This document shows, in pieces, positions 38,561-48,141 of a stretch of DNA of 64,000 nt; positions within the stretch are counted from its first letter, which is position 1; each line of letters opens with the position of its first letter. A model generated the notes under the pieces. That model made no database searches, was not told the origin of the DNA, and worked only from the letters and a program-made list of their open reading frames with translations. The translations under genes were made by a program, and so were the position numbers. Source of the DNA: a virus; IMG/VR virus record IMGVR_UViG_3300030333_003061, positions 22,118 to 86,117 of that record. One strand, written 5' to 3'.

Positions 38561-41030
38561 ATTAAAAGATTATATTGCATTGAGCACCGATGAATTTGAG
38601 AATAAATATGGTGATGAAGCCTATGATGAAACTAGAGAGTTAGCCAGAAAGACAAACTATAATGCTTCTTTGGTTATTCCAATAATGCGAGAAGAAAGAG
38701 AAAGAAGAATCGCTGATGGGGCAACAGAACAAGAAGCCGATAAAAACATCAGAAGAATTCTTAAGAGAAAAGCATTTAGTGAAGAATTTATATCAAGATA
38801 TATTACAGCCTTACAAGGAACTAAGGTAGAAGGCTTTGGAGATTTAATTGAAACATTTGATATAACCTATTACGGCGAGCCACTTAAAGCAAGTGATTTA
38901 GAAGGAGAATTAAACACTAAAAAATTAGTTATTCCTGAAGGAATGGAAGATGTTATTAAACAAACTATTAAAACTTTAAATATTGATGAAAAGTATCAAG
39001 GGGCAATAGAACAAATTCTTTCTGAATTAGATAAACCAAAGGATATGATAAGTGTTAGTTATTCTCCTGCAGATATTGTTGATACAATTAATCCAGTGAA
39101 AACAGAAGATAGAAAGGAATTTTATGATTTTTGGGAAGAAATACATCCATTATTTGATGATTTATATAAAGCAGTAGAAAATGTCATTAGGGATTGGCAA
39201 GGTGTATCAAAAGAACTTAATGAAGAAGGGGGCTATAAGGAAGAAATGACTTTACCCGAACCATTGAAAGAGAGCGATGAATTTGTTGAGTTAGAAAAGG
39301 AAATGATTGCTTTAACTAAACTATTCAAGAAAATGAAAGGAATGAATTATGTTGCCGAAGTAGAACCGTTAAGTTTCAAACTACATAGTAGGCATGATGA
39401 TGAAATACATATTAATGTTATTGAGATGATTAAAGATGAAATTTTAAGTTTACCTATTTTTGACGCAATAGATTCTGACCCAGGATTAGATGAAGAAGAT
39501 GATGAAGTTCCTGAACCATCACCAACCTTTGAAGGAGAAGATGATGAACAAGGCGGAGGACAAACAAATATTGGTGGAACTCCAGATTTTGACCCACATG
39601 GAAATTTAAGTCCTAATGCAATACATCAAATTGAAAGAGCAGAAAAGTTGTATAAAACAATACATCATGTTGACCCCCTTACTGCTGTAGCACAAATGAA
39701 AAATAAATTCAAAAGAGGAGCATTTACAAGTAGAACATATACAAAATTCATTGCTGAAATGGAAAGTCAAATGAAAGACTTAGGTTCTATGAATCCTGAT
39801 ATGATAGACCAATTATGGGAATTAATGGAAGACTTAAAGGAAGCAGAAGAAGAATTAGTAGAAGTCTCTCAAGAAGAATATCATGTTCCTTTAACTTCTG
39901 AAATGACTAAAGTATTAAATATGTCTAGAGAAGAAAAGATAGATAACATTGCAGATATAGATGATTTCCATGAAAAGTTATTAGATGCAGTTCAAGATAT
40001 TGTAGAAACCGAAGATGATAAATCAATGTCTCCATGGATAACAGAATTTATTGATACAAGAGAAAGCGTTTCTAGTGAATATGATTTAGGAGATGAAGCA
40101 GGAGAATCAACACCAAGAATGGCTAGGTATCAAACAGGAAAAACTGGTATGCCTAGACCTTTAGGTAAATATATGGATTCTATTACTGAATTATTAAGAA
40201 TAATTAATGAATATTATGTTGTTCCTGCACATAGTCACTTTTTGCCATTTGAAACAATTCCAAAACATTTAGATTCTAAATTCTTATCTCAAATTAAAAT
40301 TGCTGGCCCAGATAGTTTATATCAATTATTAGAATTTGGATTTTATAGCACAAGTGCACAAATGATAGATATGCATGAAATTAATCATATTAATGAATAT
40401 TTAGATATGATGAAAAATCCAACAGAAATAGATATGAAAGACGCAGTTATAATTTCAGAAAAATTATTAGATGTATTGGATGATATATTTGATGAGCGAT
40501 TTAAAGAAAATGACAAAAAACTTTTGAGTAAAGTTCTTGTCGGAATAGCCAATAAAAATAATGTTGAAGCAAAAGACATTACCTTAGAAGGAGAAAGCAT
40601 AGTTGAACTATCTAAGGGATATAGTAGAAAAAAGCATACTTCATCTTATTTCTTACTAATTAAATTACTTCGTCATTACAAAGACTTATTCTTGAAAGAT
40701 TCTAAAAAGAAAGAACCTATGGAAAAATTCTATGAATTATTAGAAGGAGTGAGAAACCCACTATTACTATCCCAACAAAGAGATATATTAATAGCACATG
40801 ACGAAATAAGAAAAATGTCTGATAAACCAATACATTATGCCTATAAAAATTTAGATGATTATGATGATATTAATAATACAATTGATTTAATTAAGAGCAA
40901 ATATAAACAAGATATTACAGCAACAGATATAACTTCAATAGTTACTGAATTTGATAGTATTAATTCTATTTCGAAGAAACATGGATTAGGAGAAGAAGTA
41001 ATTTACCATATTAAGGGGTTGTATAGATGA
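38544..41030 (+). CDS. large acidic hypothetical protein
   Basis: 828 aa; C-terminal HTH-like ISKKHGLGEEVIYHIK. Confidence 0.75.
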   Translation: MMEMSRLKDYIALSTDEFENKYGDEAYDETRELARKTNYNASLVIPIMREERERRIADGATEQEADKNIRRILKRKAFSEEFISRYITALQGTKVEGFGDLIETFDITYYGEPLKASDLEGELNTKKLVIPEGMEDVIKQTIKTLNIDEKYQGAIEQILSELDKPKDMISVSYSPADIVDTINPVKTEDRKEFYDFWEEIHPLFDDLYKAVENVIRDWQGVSKELNEEGGYKEEMTLPEPLKESDEFVELEKEMIALTKLFKKMKGMNYVAEVEPLSFKLHSRHDDEIHINVIEMIKDEILSLPIFDAIDSDPGLDEEDDEVPEPSPTFEGEDDEQGGGQTNIGGTPDFDPHGNLSPNAIHQIERAEKLYKTIHHVDPLTAVAQMKNKFKRGAFTSRTYTKFIAEMESQMKDLGSMNPDMIDQLWELMEDLKEAEEELVEVSQEEYHVPLTSEMTKVLNMSREEKIDNIADIDDFHEKLLDAVQDIVETEDDKSMSPWITEFIDTRESVSSEYDLGDEAGESTPRMARYQTGKTGMPRPLGKYMDSITELLRIINEYYVVPAHSHFLPFETIPKHLDSKFLSQIKIAGPDSLYQLLEFGFYSTSAQMIDMHEINHINEYLDMMKNPTEIDMKDAVIISEKLLDVLDDIFDERFKENDKKLLSKVLVGIANKNNVEAKDITLEGESIVELSKGYSRKKHTSSYFLLIKLLRHYKDLFLKDSKKKEPMEKFYELLEGVRNPLLLSQQRDILIAHDEIRKMSDKPIHYAYKNLDDYDDINNTIDLIKSKYKQDITATDITSIVTEFDSINSISKKHGLGEEVIYHIKGLYR

Positions 41031-41446
41031 GTTGGGAAAACATATTAAAGGCCAGAGGAAACTCTAAACATTTAAGTGTGTTCAAAGTATCAGAAGATGT
41101 TAGAAATGCTACAAGAAAATGGTCAAAAAAAGTTCAGCCAGGAAATTCTTTTTTCATTAGACATATTCGTAAAGCCATTATTCCTATATTAGAAGATATA
41201 TTAATGCCGAAATTGGAACCTACTATAAACCTAACGCGAAAAAAAGATGAATCAGATGATAATTATAAAAGAAGAAGAGTAATTCAAACCCAAAGAGTAA
41301 TTACTATATTTATTAATAAACATTTTAATCTCAAAGAAGCAGAAATAAGTAAATTTGATAAGACAATATTTAATGAATTAATGAGCCATCCAGATTGGAA
41401 TGTTACAGGAAAAACTGCTCATGTTGCGGATTTCGTGAGAGTATGA
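41027..41446 (+). CDS. MxW-tagged basic protein
   Basis: MSWENILK. Confidence 0.6.
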   Translation: MSWENILKARGNSKHLSVFKVSEDVRNATRKWSKKVQPGNSFFIRHIRKAIIPILEDILMPKLEPTINLTRKKDESDDNYKRRRVIQTQRVITIFINKHFNLKEAEISKFDKTIFNELMSHPDWNVTGKTAHVADFVRV

Positions 41447-41501
41447 TAAAAAGGATTTGGGATTTTATTTATGGAGTATGGTGTTTAGGGAGGTTTAGAC
41501 C

Positions 41502-41762
41502 ATGAAACAATGGATGATTAGAAAATTAATTTCATTTATGGGTAGCACCTATGTTTGGTTAGATAAAAAATTAGAACATCCTGATGGCCCAGTTCTAGGT
41601 TTAAAGATTGATGATGATTTTGCAGGTATGAGTAGATATGAATTATGCTGTCATATTGAAGATAAGTTTGCTTTAGATAGAAATTCGTTTTGGGAATTAG
41701 AATCGACACAAAAAATTAGATTTTGTTGCCAAACTGCTAGAAATATATTGGGAAAGAAATGA
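41502..41762 (+). CDS. hypothetical protein
   Basis: GGAGG RBS. Confidence 0.55.
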   Translation: MKQWMIRKLISFMGSTYVWLDKKLEHPDGPVLGLKIDDDFAGMSRYELCCHIEDKFALDRNSFWELESTQKIRFCCQTARNILGKK

Positions 41763-41913
41763 AAAAAGAATGGGATATAGATTGGGAATACTGGAACGCA
41801 CAAGTGGAAGGATTCAAAGCACTTAAAAAGAAAAAGAAACTTTGGCGTGACCACAAAAATGAAAACAAAGAAATAGTTGATAAAATATATGAATGGTTTT
41901 GGGAGGTTGGAGA

Positions 41914-42267
41914 ATGACTTGGATGGAAGTATTAAAAGGAATAGAAACTGAATGGATTTCAGATTGTTGTAATACTGTAAGCCGAAGTATTATAAATGAT
42001 TTTAAAGGAACAGGAACCAATGAATGGGATAAATGGATAAAATTTGTTAAAGAATCTACACTTAATGGTAATTGTGAAGAACTATTAGAAGAATTAAATA
42101 AAATAGAAGACCATAACGGAATGGAATATTTCCAAAACGAATATTTGGATGGAATTACACTAACAAGCGGTGAAATAGCAGACTTATATTTACGACTAAG
42201 AGATTACACTAGAGATTATGAAGAATGCATAGAAGACTTAACGGGCTTAGACCACAGATTTAGATGA
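41914..42267 (+). CDS. MxW-tagged protein with CC...C...C domain
   Basis: MTWMEVLK; SDCC...NCEEL...YEEC. Confidence 0.6.
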   Translation: MTWMEVLKGIETEWISDCCNTVSRSIINDFKGTGTNEWDKWIKFVKESTLNGNCEELLEELNKIEDHNGMEYFQNEYLDGITLTSGEIADLYLRLRDYTRDYEECIEDLTGLDHRFR

Positions 42268-42278
42268 GAGGGATTAAT

Positions 42279-42563
42279 ATGGATTGGTTTAAATTAATTA
42301 AAACAAGAAGAGGTAAAAGACTTGACCATAATATGGAAAGAATACTTAGAGAAAAATTAACTACTCCAATGTCTACTTATCAAATTATTGGTCTTCTTTC
42401 TGACGGGATTCGTGAAATAAATGACGGAAGAAAACTAACAAATCAAAGACCATTATCTACTAGAGGAATACCTGATAGGTTATCATTGCCTCATATGCTT
42501 AAAGTGCATCCTAATATACGGATAATACCAGGACACACAGCAGAATATGTTTGGGAGGAATAA
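42279..42563 (+). CDS. MxW-tagged protein, possible winged helix
   Basis: MDWFKLIK; PMSTYQI...LKVHPNI. Confidence 0.6.
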   Translation: MDWFKLIKTRRGKRLDHNMERILREKLTTPMSTYQIIGLLSDGIREINDGRKLTNQRPLSTRGIPDRLSLPHMLKVHPNIRIIPGHTAEYVWEE

Positions 42564-42566
42564 TAT

Positions 42567-42947
42567 ATGACTTGGTTTGAAACAATTAAAAAATCCAAAG
42601 TGGATTTATTTATAGAAAGATATTTACAATTCAATGCTGATGTTAGAGGTCTTCATGGAACAGTAAAAAACCCTGAAGGATTTTTACCAAATCATGTTGT
42701 TACTGCTAATGAAGATAATGTAAATGATAGAATTAGAGAAGTAATTAAAAATTATAAGTCTATTCTTAAATTGGGAACAAGAGGACAAACTATTGGAGAT
42801 GCTAATTATGATAAGTCAAAGCCTATCGGGTATCAAGTTAAAATTACACCGGAAGAAAGAAAACAATATGAAGAATTTATACAAGATTTAGAAGATTTGA
42901 TTAAAACAGAATCTAAGTATGATAATTGGAAAAAGGAGAATGAATGA
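42567..42947 (+). CDS. MxW-tagged hypothetical protein
   Basis: MTWFETIK. Confidence 0.6.
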   Translation: MTWFETIKKSKVDLFIERYLQFNADVRGLHGTVKNPEGFLPNHVVTANEDNVNDRIREVIKNYKSILKLGTRGQTIGDANYDKSKPIGYQVKITPEERKQYEEFIQDLEDLIKTESKYDNWKKENE

Positions 42948-44388
42948 TATGACTGAATTAGAAAATCTTAATTTTGCTCACCAAATGGATATGGAGTTAT
43001 CTAAGAATTCATTTCCTTATTTCTTTAAAAATGTATTAGGTATGATGTATCCTAAATATATGGAAGAGTGGTTAAATACAATGGAAACTACAGATAGAAC
43101 AGTAATTGTTTGTAGTCGTGACCACGGAAAATCTGTATTTATGCATTCATGGGTTGTTTGGAATTTAGTATTCCAAGAGCCACCATTTCAAATGCTATAT
43201 ATTTCATCTAACCAAAAGCAGACATTAGTTCACATGAGAGAAATAGATAGAATGTTTAATATTCCTCAATTAAAGAAATTCAGACCATCAAGAGGATGGG
43301 CTATTGGTAACATTACATTAACTAATGGTAACTCTGTTCTTGAAAGGTCAGTAGGTTCTCAGATTCGTGGTCTTCACCCTCAAGAAATTATCATTGATGA
43401 CCCTCTAAAAGAGTTCAGTTTAGTAGGTATTCAAAGAGTCACAGATTGGTTCTTTGGTGATATGATTCCAACACTTCACCATACTGCTTCATTAAGAATG
43501 ATAGGAACACCATTTACTTATACTGACATTTTCTCACAATTAGAAGAAAATCAAGCATATACTGTAAGGAAATATCCATGTTTAGATTCAATGAATGAAC
43601 CACTATGGCCAGAAAGATGGAATTATGAAGCACTAATGCAAAGAAAAGCAGAAATTGGCTCTTTAAAGTTTACAAGAGAATATTTATGCATACCTGTTTC
43701 TACAGGAACTGCGTTATTTTCTCAAGACCATCTATTAAATGCTAAAAATGAACATGCTATGCTTAAATTGGGTCATAGAAAAGAAAAAGGATATAGATAT
43801 TATGTTGGCGTTGACCCTGCAATTTCTACAGATGGAGATTACAATGTAATAATGGTATTAGAGGTAGATGATAACCAAAATAAAACAATTGTTCATGTGG
43901 ATAGAGCAAAAAATGTGCAATTTAGAGAAAATATTGATAAATTACGGCTAATTGGTCAAATATTCCAACCAGAGGTAGTATTATATGAAACAAATACTTT
44001 CGCAAAAGCCTTTACACAGGAATTACGCTCAGTTTCGGACTTAAATGTTAGAGATTTCAACACAACTAGAAGAAAAAAGCAAGAAATTATCCTAAATCTA
44101 CAAATGAACTTTGAAAACGGTAAAATTCATCTCCCTTATGCTGATAATAATAGTAAAAAGATGACTAATGCTTTAATTGAAGAACTTTCGATGTTCTCCA
44201 TCACAGAATCCGGCAAGTTTGAAGGAGTGGGTGCGCATGATGATTTGGTTATGGGTCTTGCTTTAGCAAATGCAGCCTCACAGACTCCAACAGAAGCATT
44301 TATGCTCCTTGACGACATGGAGATATTTGATGCTCCACAGTCGCCTCAAATCGGGCTTCCGCAGGGTATTATGGGGCTGAATTTTTAA
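42940..44388 (+). CDS. terL: terminase large subunit
   Basis: Walker A SRDHGKS, Walker B IIIDD, motif III IGTP, RNase H-like YVGVDPA...HDDLV. Confidence 0.92.
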   Translation: MNDMTELENLNFAHQMDMELSKNSFPYFFKNVLGMMYPKYMEEWLNTMETTDRTVIVCSRDHGKSVFMHSWVVWNLVFQEPPFQMLYISSNQKQTLVHMREIDRMFNIPQLKKFRPSRGWAIGNITLTNGNSVLERSVGSQIRGLHPQEIIIDDPLKEFSLVGIQRVTDWFFGDMIPTLHHTASLRMIGTPFTYTDIFSQLEENQAYTVRKYPCLDSMNEPLWPERWNYEALMQRKAEIGSLKFTREYLCIPVSTGTALFSQDHLLNAKNEHAMLKLGHRKEKGYRYYVGVDPAISTDGDYNVIMVLEVDDNQNKTIVHVDRAKNVQFRENIDKLRLIGQIFQPEVVLYETNTFAKAFTQELRSVSDLNVRDFNTTRRKKQEIILNLQMNFENGKIHLPYADNNSKKMTNALIEELSMFSITESGKFEGVGAHDDLVMGLALANAASQTPTEAFMLLDDMEIFDAPQSPQIGLPQGIMGLNF

Positions 44389-44393
44389 GCCAG

Positions 44394-45725
44394 GTGATTA
44401 TTATGGTTAAATTAACAGAAGAGGCTCTTAATGATGAGATAGAAGAGAATGAAGATGAGACTGAGATATTAGAAACATTGAAGCCTAAAGTCCAAGAATT
44501 AGAAAACCTTAAAGAAACACTAAATAGAGGATGGTTAGATAATAAACCAATTAGAGACCACGAATCTATAGCAAAGGAATATTCCGATAGATTCAATTTA
44601 AATTTAACTGATGCAAAGAAGCAATTATTTTCATATCCTGAACAATATGAGATTCAAGGAAAAGATATACCTTCAGTCATTAAAGAAATGAGAAATTATA
44701 GAAGGACACTAAAAGGGGAAACTAAAATTCAGTTTACTAAATCAATAGATAATTTAATTGATGGATACACTGACCATTTAGAGAAGTGTATGGATAGTAT
44801 TTATTGGATTAGAAAATATAAAGTCCCCTTAACCCAAATGAATAATAGTGAATATCATCTTAGAAAATTAAGCACTATAACAAAGGAAGAGGATAAGAGA
44901 AATATAATAGATTTATTATGTAAACATTGGGAATTACAATTGAATAGAAAACACTTAGATTATGGCCCTGAATATGCACTACTTACTAAAAAAATGAATA
45001 TAACTAAAAAGGCATATAAGAAGGCTTTGAAAGATACAGTTATAGGCAGGTCACCTAAAGAGGAGATTCGTAAGAGTATTCTAAAAGCGGTATGCGAAAA
45101 TCCAGGAATATCATCTAGACAAATCCATGATTCATTACCTAAAAAGTTGTATAATAGAACCTCTCCAATAATTATATCTAAACTTGCTAAAGACCAAAAC
45201 ATAACACAAGTAGATGGCGCGTATTATAAAATTAATGATGATATTAAGAAAAACATTTGGGCTTATACAGCAGCATTCATAGATTCTGATGGTTATATTA
45301 CAATGGATAAAAACCATAATCCTAGAGTTGGATTAGTAGCAACAGGAAATAGAGGAAAAGCATTTATGATGGAAATGCATAAATCATTAGGTATGGGTAG
45401 ATTACATTTAGACCAAAAATCTCCTCAAGATACAAGACCCGTAAATAGATTGAATTTTTATTCTGCAAAAGATGTAGAAAAATTACTTAAAAAATGTAGG
45501 CCTCATTTTAAAATGAAAGGTTCTAATGCGGATGTTTTATTAGAATTAATTAAAATAAAGAAACATAATAAAAAGGAAGATTGGTATAATCAAAGAAAAG
45601 ATGAATTATTTAAATTAATGAAATATTATAATCACAGTGATAATAAGAAGTTTAACTGGAATGAATGGGATATTGATATAAATGATATTAACAAACTTGA
45701 AGCGAATAGTAAAATGGATTTCTAG
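44394..45725 (+). CDS. LAGLIDADG endonuclease-domain protein with long N-terminal helical/HTH region
   Basis: WAYTAAFIDSDGYI motif; ENPGISSRQI HTH just upstream. Confidence 0.7.
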   Translation: MIIMVKLTEEALNDEIEENEDETEILETLKPKVQELENLKETLNRGWLDNKPIRDHESIAKEYSDRFNLNLTDAKKQLFSYPEQYEIQGKDIPSVIKEMRNYRRTLKGETKIQFTKSIDNLIDGYTDHLEKCMDSIYWIRKYKVPLTQMNNSEYHLRKLSTITKEEDKRNIIDLLCKHWELQLNRKHLDYGPEYALLTKKMNITKKAYKKALKDTVIGRSPKEEIRKSILKAVCENPGISSRQIHDSLPKKLYNRTSPIIISKLAKDQNITQVDGAYYKINDDIKKNIWAYTAAFIDSDGYITMDKNHNPRVGLVATGNRGKAFMMEMHKSLGMGRLHLDQKSPQDTRPVNRLNFYSAKDVEKLLKKCRPHFKMKGSNADVLLELIKIKKHNKKEDWYNQRKDELFKLMKYYNHSDNKKFNWNEWDIDINDINKLEANSKMDF

Positions 45726-45778
45726 AACAGCACAAATTTATTTAGAATGGTGGATTTATATTTATATGGAGGGATAAT

Positions 45779-47428
45779 ATGGTAGAAGAAAAAAGGACAT
45801 TTTCATTAGGAAACTTGTTTAGAAGACAAACTCCTAAACCAAAGGATAAAGAAGTATTTAATCCTGGTATTCAGGAAAAGAATAATGCTTATATGATTAC
45901 ATCGCCTATATTATATCATGTAGCACAACAATCAGTAATCGTAAGAACATGCACAACTCAATTAAAGAATGAAATCTTTAGAAGAGGATATACATGGGAA
46001 GAAAAGTTTGTTCAGAAGTGTAAAGATTGTGGTGCAGAACATGATTCTCCAGTAGAAGAATGTAAAGACTGTAGTTCTAGAAACTTAGTTAAACCTGATA
46101 AAAAACAACTTAAGTATGCTCATAAATTTTTAGATGGATATGTAAATAAATCAGAACAAATGTTTATTGATGTCTTAAAAGAATTAGAAGACGATTTGAA
46201 TATAATGGATGATGCATATATCATATTAGTTAAAGAATATTTCTTAGATGCTAATGGCGATATTAGAATGCATAGGATTAAAGAAATGTATAGGGGCGAC
46301 CCTGTAACTATGGCTTTATACACAGATGAAGATGGAACCAAAGGAACTTCTGGATTTACTTGTATTAGACACAGAAATATGATTTCTGAAGAAGACGGTA
46401 ATTCTTGTGAATATTGTGGTGAAAAACTATATCCAGTTTATTATGTTAATAGAGCACATGGAGAGGAACAATATTATTTGCAAGGAGAAGTATTACACTT
46501 TAGTAAATATAATCCAAGTAGGCTTTATGGATTATCTCCTGTATTGACATTATGGAATCATATTACTACTTTAATTGCCATGGAAAATTATGTAAATTCT
46601 TCATATTCTAAGGCTAGAATGCCTAGAGGATTATTAGCAGTTCAAACTAGAAATATTGATTCCATGAAATCCTTTTGGCGTGGAGTCAAAGAAAAGATGG
46701 AACAAGACCCTCATTTCATACCTGTTATGGGAATAGAGGCAGAAAACGGTAAAGGTTCTATTGAATGGATTAAGTTCTTAGATAGTCTAAAAGAGATGGA
46801 TTATATTTCTGTTAAAGACGACCTTAGAGATAGAATATCAGGTTTTTATGGTGTTAGTAAAGTATTCATGTCAGACAATTCTGCTAGTGGTGGTTTGAAT
46901 AATGAAGGTATGCAGATATTGGTGACTAATAGAGCAGTTGAGATGGCTCAAACAATATGGAATAATTATGTATTTCCATTCATTACTAAAGAGTTTGGTG
47001 TTACTGATTGGGAACTTAAATTACCACCATCAGAAGAAGAAGATGAATTATTTAGAATTAGATTAAGAGAATTAGAAGTTCAAGTTGCTGCTTCAATTAA
47101 GAATTTAGGATTTGAAGTAGAAATGGATGATGAAGGGAGATTTTCTTATCATAAGCCTCCACCTGAACCTCAAGGAAAACCTAAAGGTGAAGAAGAACAA
47201 ATTGAGCGTGACCCCTATGCTGGAACAAATATAGACCAACAACATTTAGGTGAAATGATGGAACAAGGAAATAGACCAACACAAGAAGAAGCGGGAGCAC
47301 CTGCAAAAGTAAAAGCAACAAGGAATAAACCAAGTTCAAGCACAGGGCCAGATAAGAGATTTACCGGATTACCAGCAGAAGCAGGTAATCAAAATGTAGA
47401 TAAAAGAACGGAGAGAAGAGTAGGATGA
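45779..47428 (+). CDS. portal protein
   Basis: Position after TerL; HFSKY...YGLSP, ARMPRGLL and ISGFYGV portal-like motifs; Zn-ribbon insertions. Confidence 0.85.
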   Translation: MVEEKRTFSLGNLFRRQTPKPKDKEVFNPGIQEKNNAYMITSPILYHVAQQSVIVRTCTTQLKNEIFRRGYTWEEKFVQKCKDCGAEHDSPVEECKDCSSRNLVKPDKKQLKYAHKFLDGYVNKSEQMFIDVLKELEDDLNIMDDAYIILVKEYFLDANGDIRMHRIKEMYRGDPVTMALYTDEDGTKGTSGFTCIRHRNMISEEDGNSCEYCGEKLYPVYYVNRAHGEEQYYLQGEVLHFSKYNPSRLYGLSPVLTLWNHITTLIAMENYVNSSYSKARMPRGLLAVQTRNIDSMKSFWRGVKEKMEQDPHFIPVMGIEAENGKGSIEWIKFLDSLKEMDYISVKDDLRDRISGFYGVSKVFMSDNSASGGLNNEGMQILVTNRAVEMAQTIWNNYVFPFITKEFGVTDWELKLPPSEEEDELFRIRLRELEVQVAASIKNLGFEVEMDDEGRFSYHKPPPEPQGKPKGEEEQIERDPYAGTNIDQQHLGEMMEQGNRPTQEEAGAPAKVKATRNKPSSSTGPDKRFTGLPAEAGNQNVDKRTERRVG

Positions 47429-47928
47429 ATGAGTGGTTTAATGTAGTTAAAGCCAGAAAGTATTATACTTTTGAGAATAGTGTTCCTCAGATGTATCATT
47501 TCTTAACAAGACTATTTGCGCCAGAAGAGAAAAGAAACCCAGCATTTCATAAGAAATATAAATCATGGATTGAACTTGATACAAATGACCAAGCGAGAAT
47601 AGTAGAGAAATTCATAAGAATGGATAAACAAAGAGAAGAAGCAGAAAAACAAACTAACCCTCGATGGTGGAGTCATAGTTATATTCCAGGAATTATTGTG
47701 GAATTTATGAATGACGGATATCCAATAGTTAATGAAGCCGAATTCCAACATTGGAGAAAATCGGCAATAGCAGAAAGAGAAGATGAAAATAATAATACTA
47801 GAGCACCTGCTGGAATGGGAGGATATAGTAATTGGTCATGGTTCCAAAGAAATTTGTATAAAGAATTAAAGGAAATATTTAGAAGAAACATTCCTACATC
47901 TAGAGGATATAAAAGAAGAAGTGATTAA
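47425..47928 (+). CDS. MxW-tagged hypothetical protein
   Basis: MNEWFNVVK. Confidence 0.6.
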   Translation: MNEWFNVVKARKYYTFENSVPQMYHFLTRLFAPEEKRNPAFHKKYKSWIELDTNDQARIVEKFIRMDKQREEAEKQTNPRWWSHSYIPGIIVEFMNDGYPIVNEAEFQHWRKSAIAEREDENNNTRAPAGMGGYSNWSWFQRNLYKELKEIFRRNIPTSRGYKRRSD

Positions 47929-48133
47929 GATGACAGAAAAAACTGTAAGAGAATTAGAAAGGGAACTTTCTATAGCAAAGAAAAAAGAACGCATGTCTAA
48001 TACAACAAAAGAACATGTGAATAGGGATTATGGTGTAATAGGCCCACAAGCAGTAAAGAAAGAAAGACCAGAATCGGGAGATACTCCTGATTATATCGCA
48101 CTTCCTAGTAGGAAGAAAGGAAGAGCAATTTAG
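47921..48133 (+). CDS. small hypothetical protein
   Basis: Operonic ORF. Confidence 0.55.
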   Translation: MIKMTEKTVRELERELSIAKKKERMSNTTKEHVNRDYGVIGPQAVKKERPESGDTPDYIALPSRKKGRAI

Positions 48134-48141
48134 GTGATACA

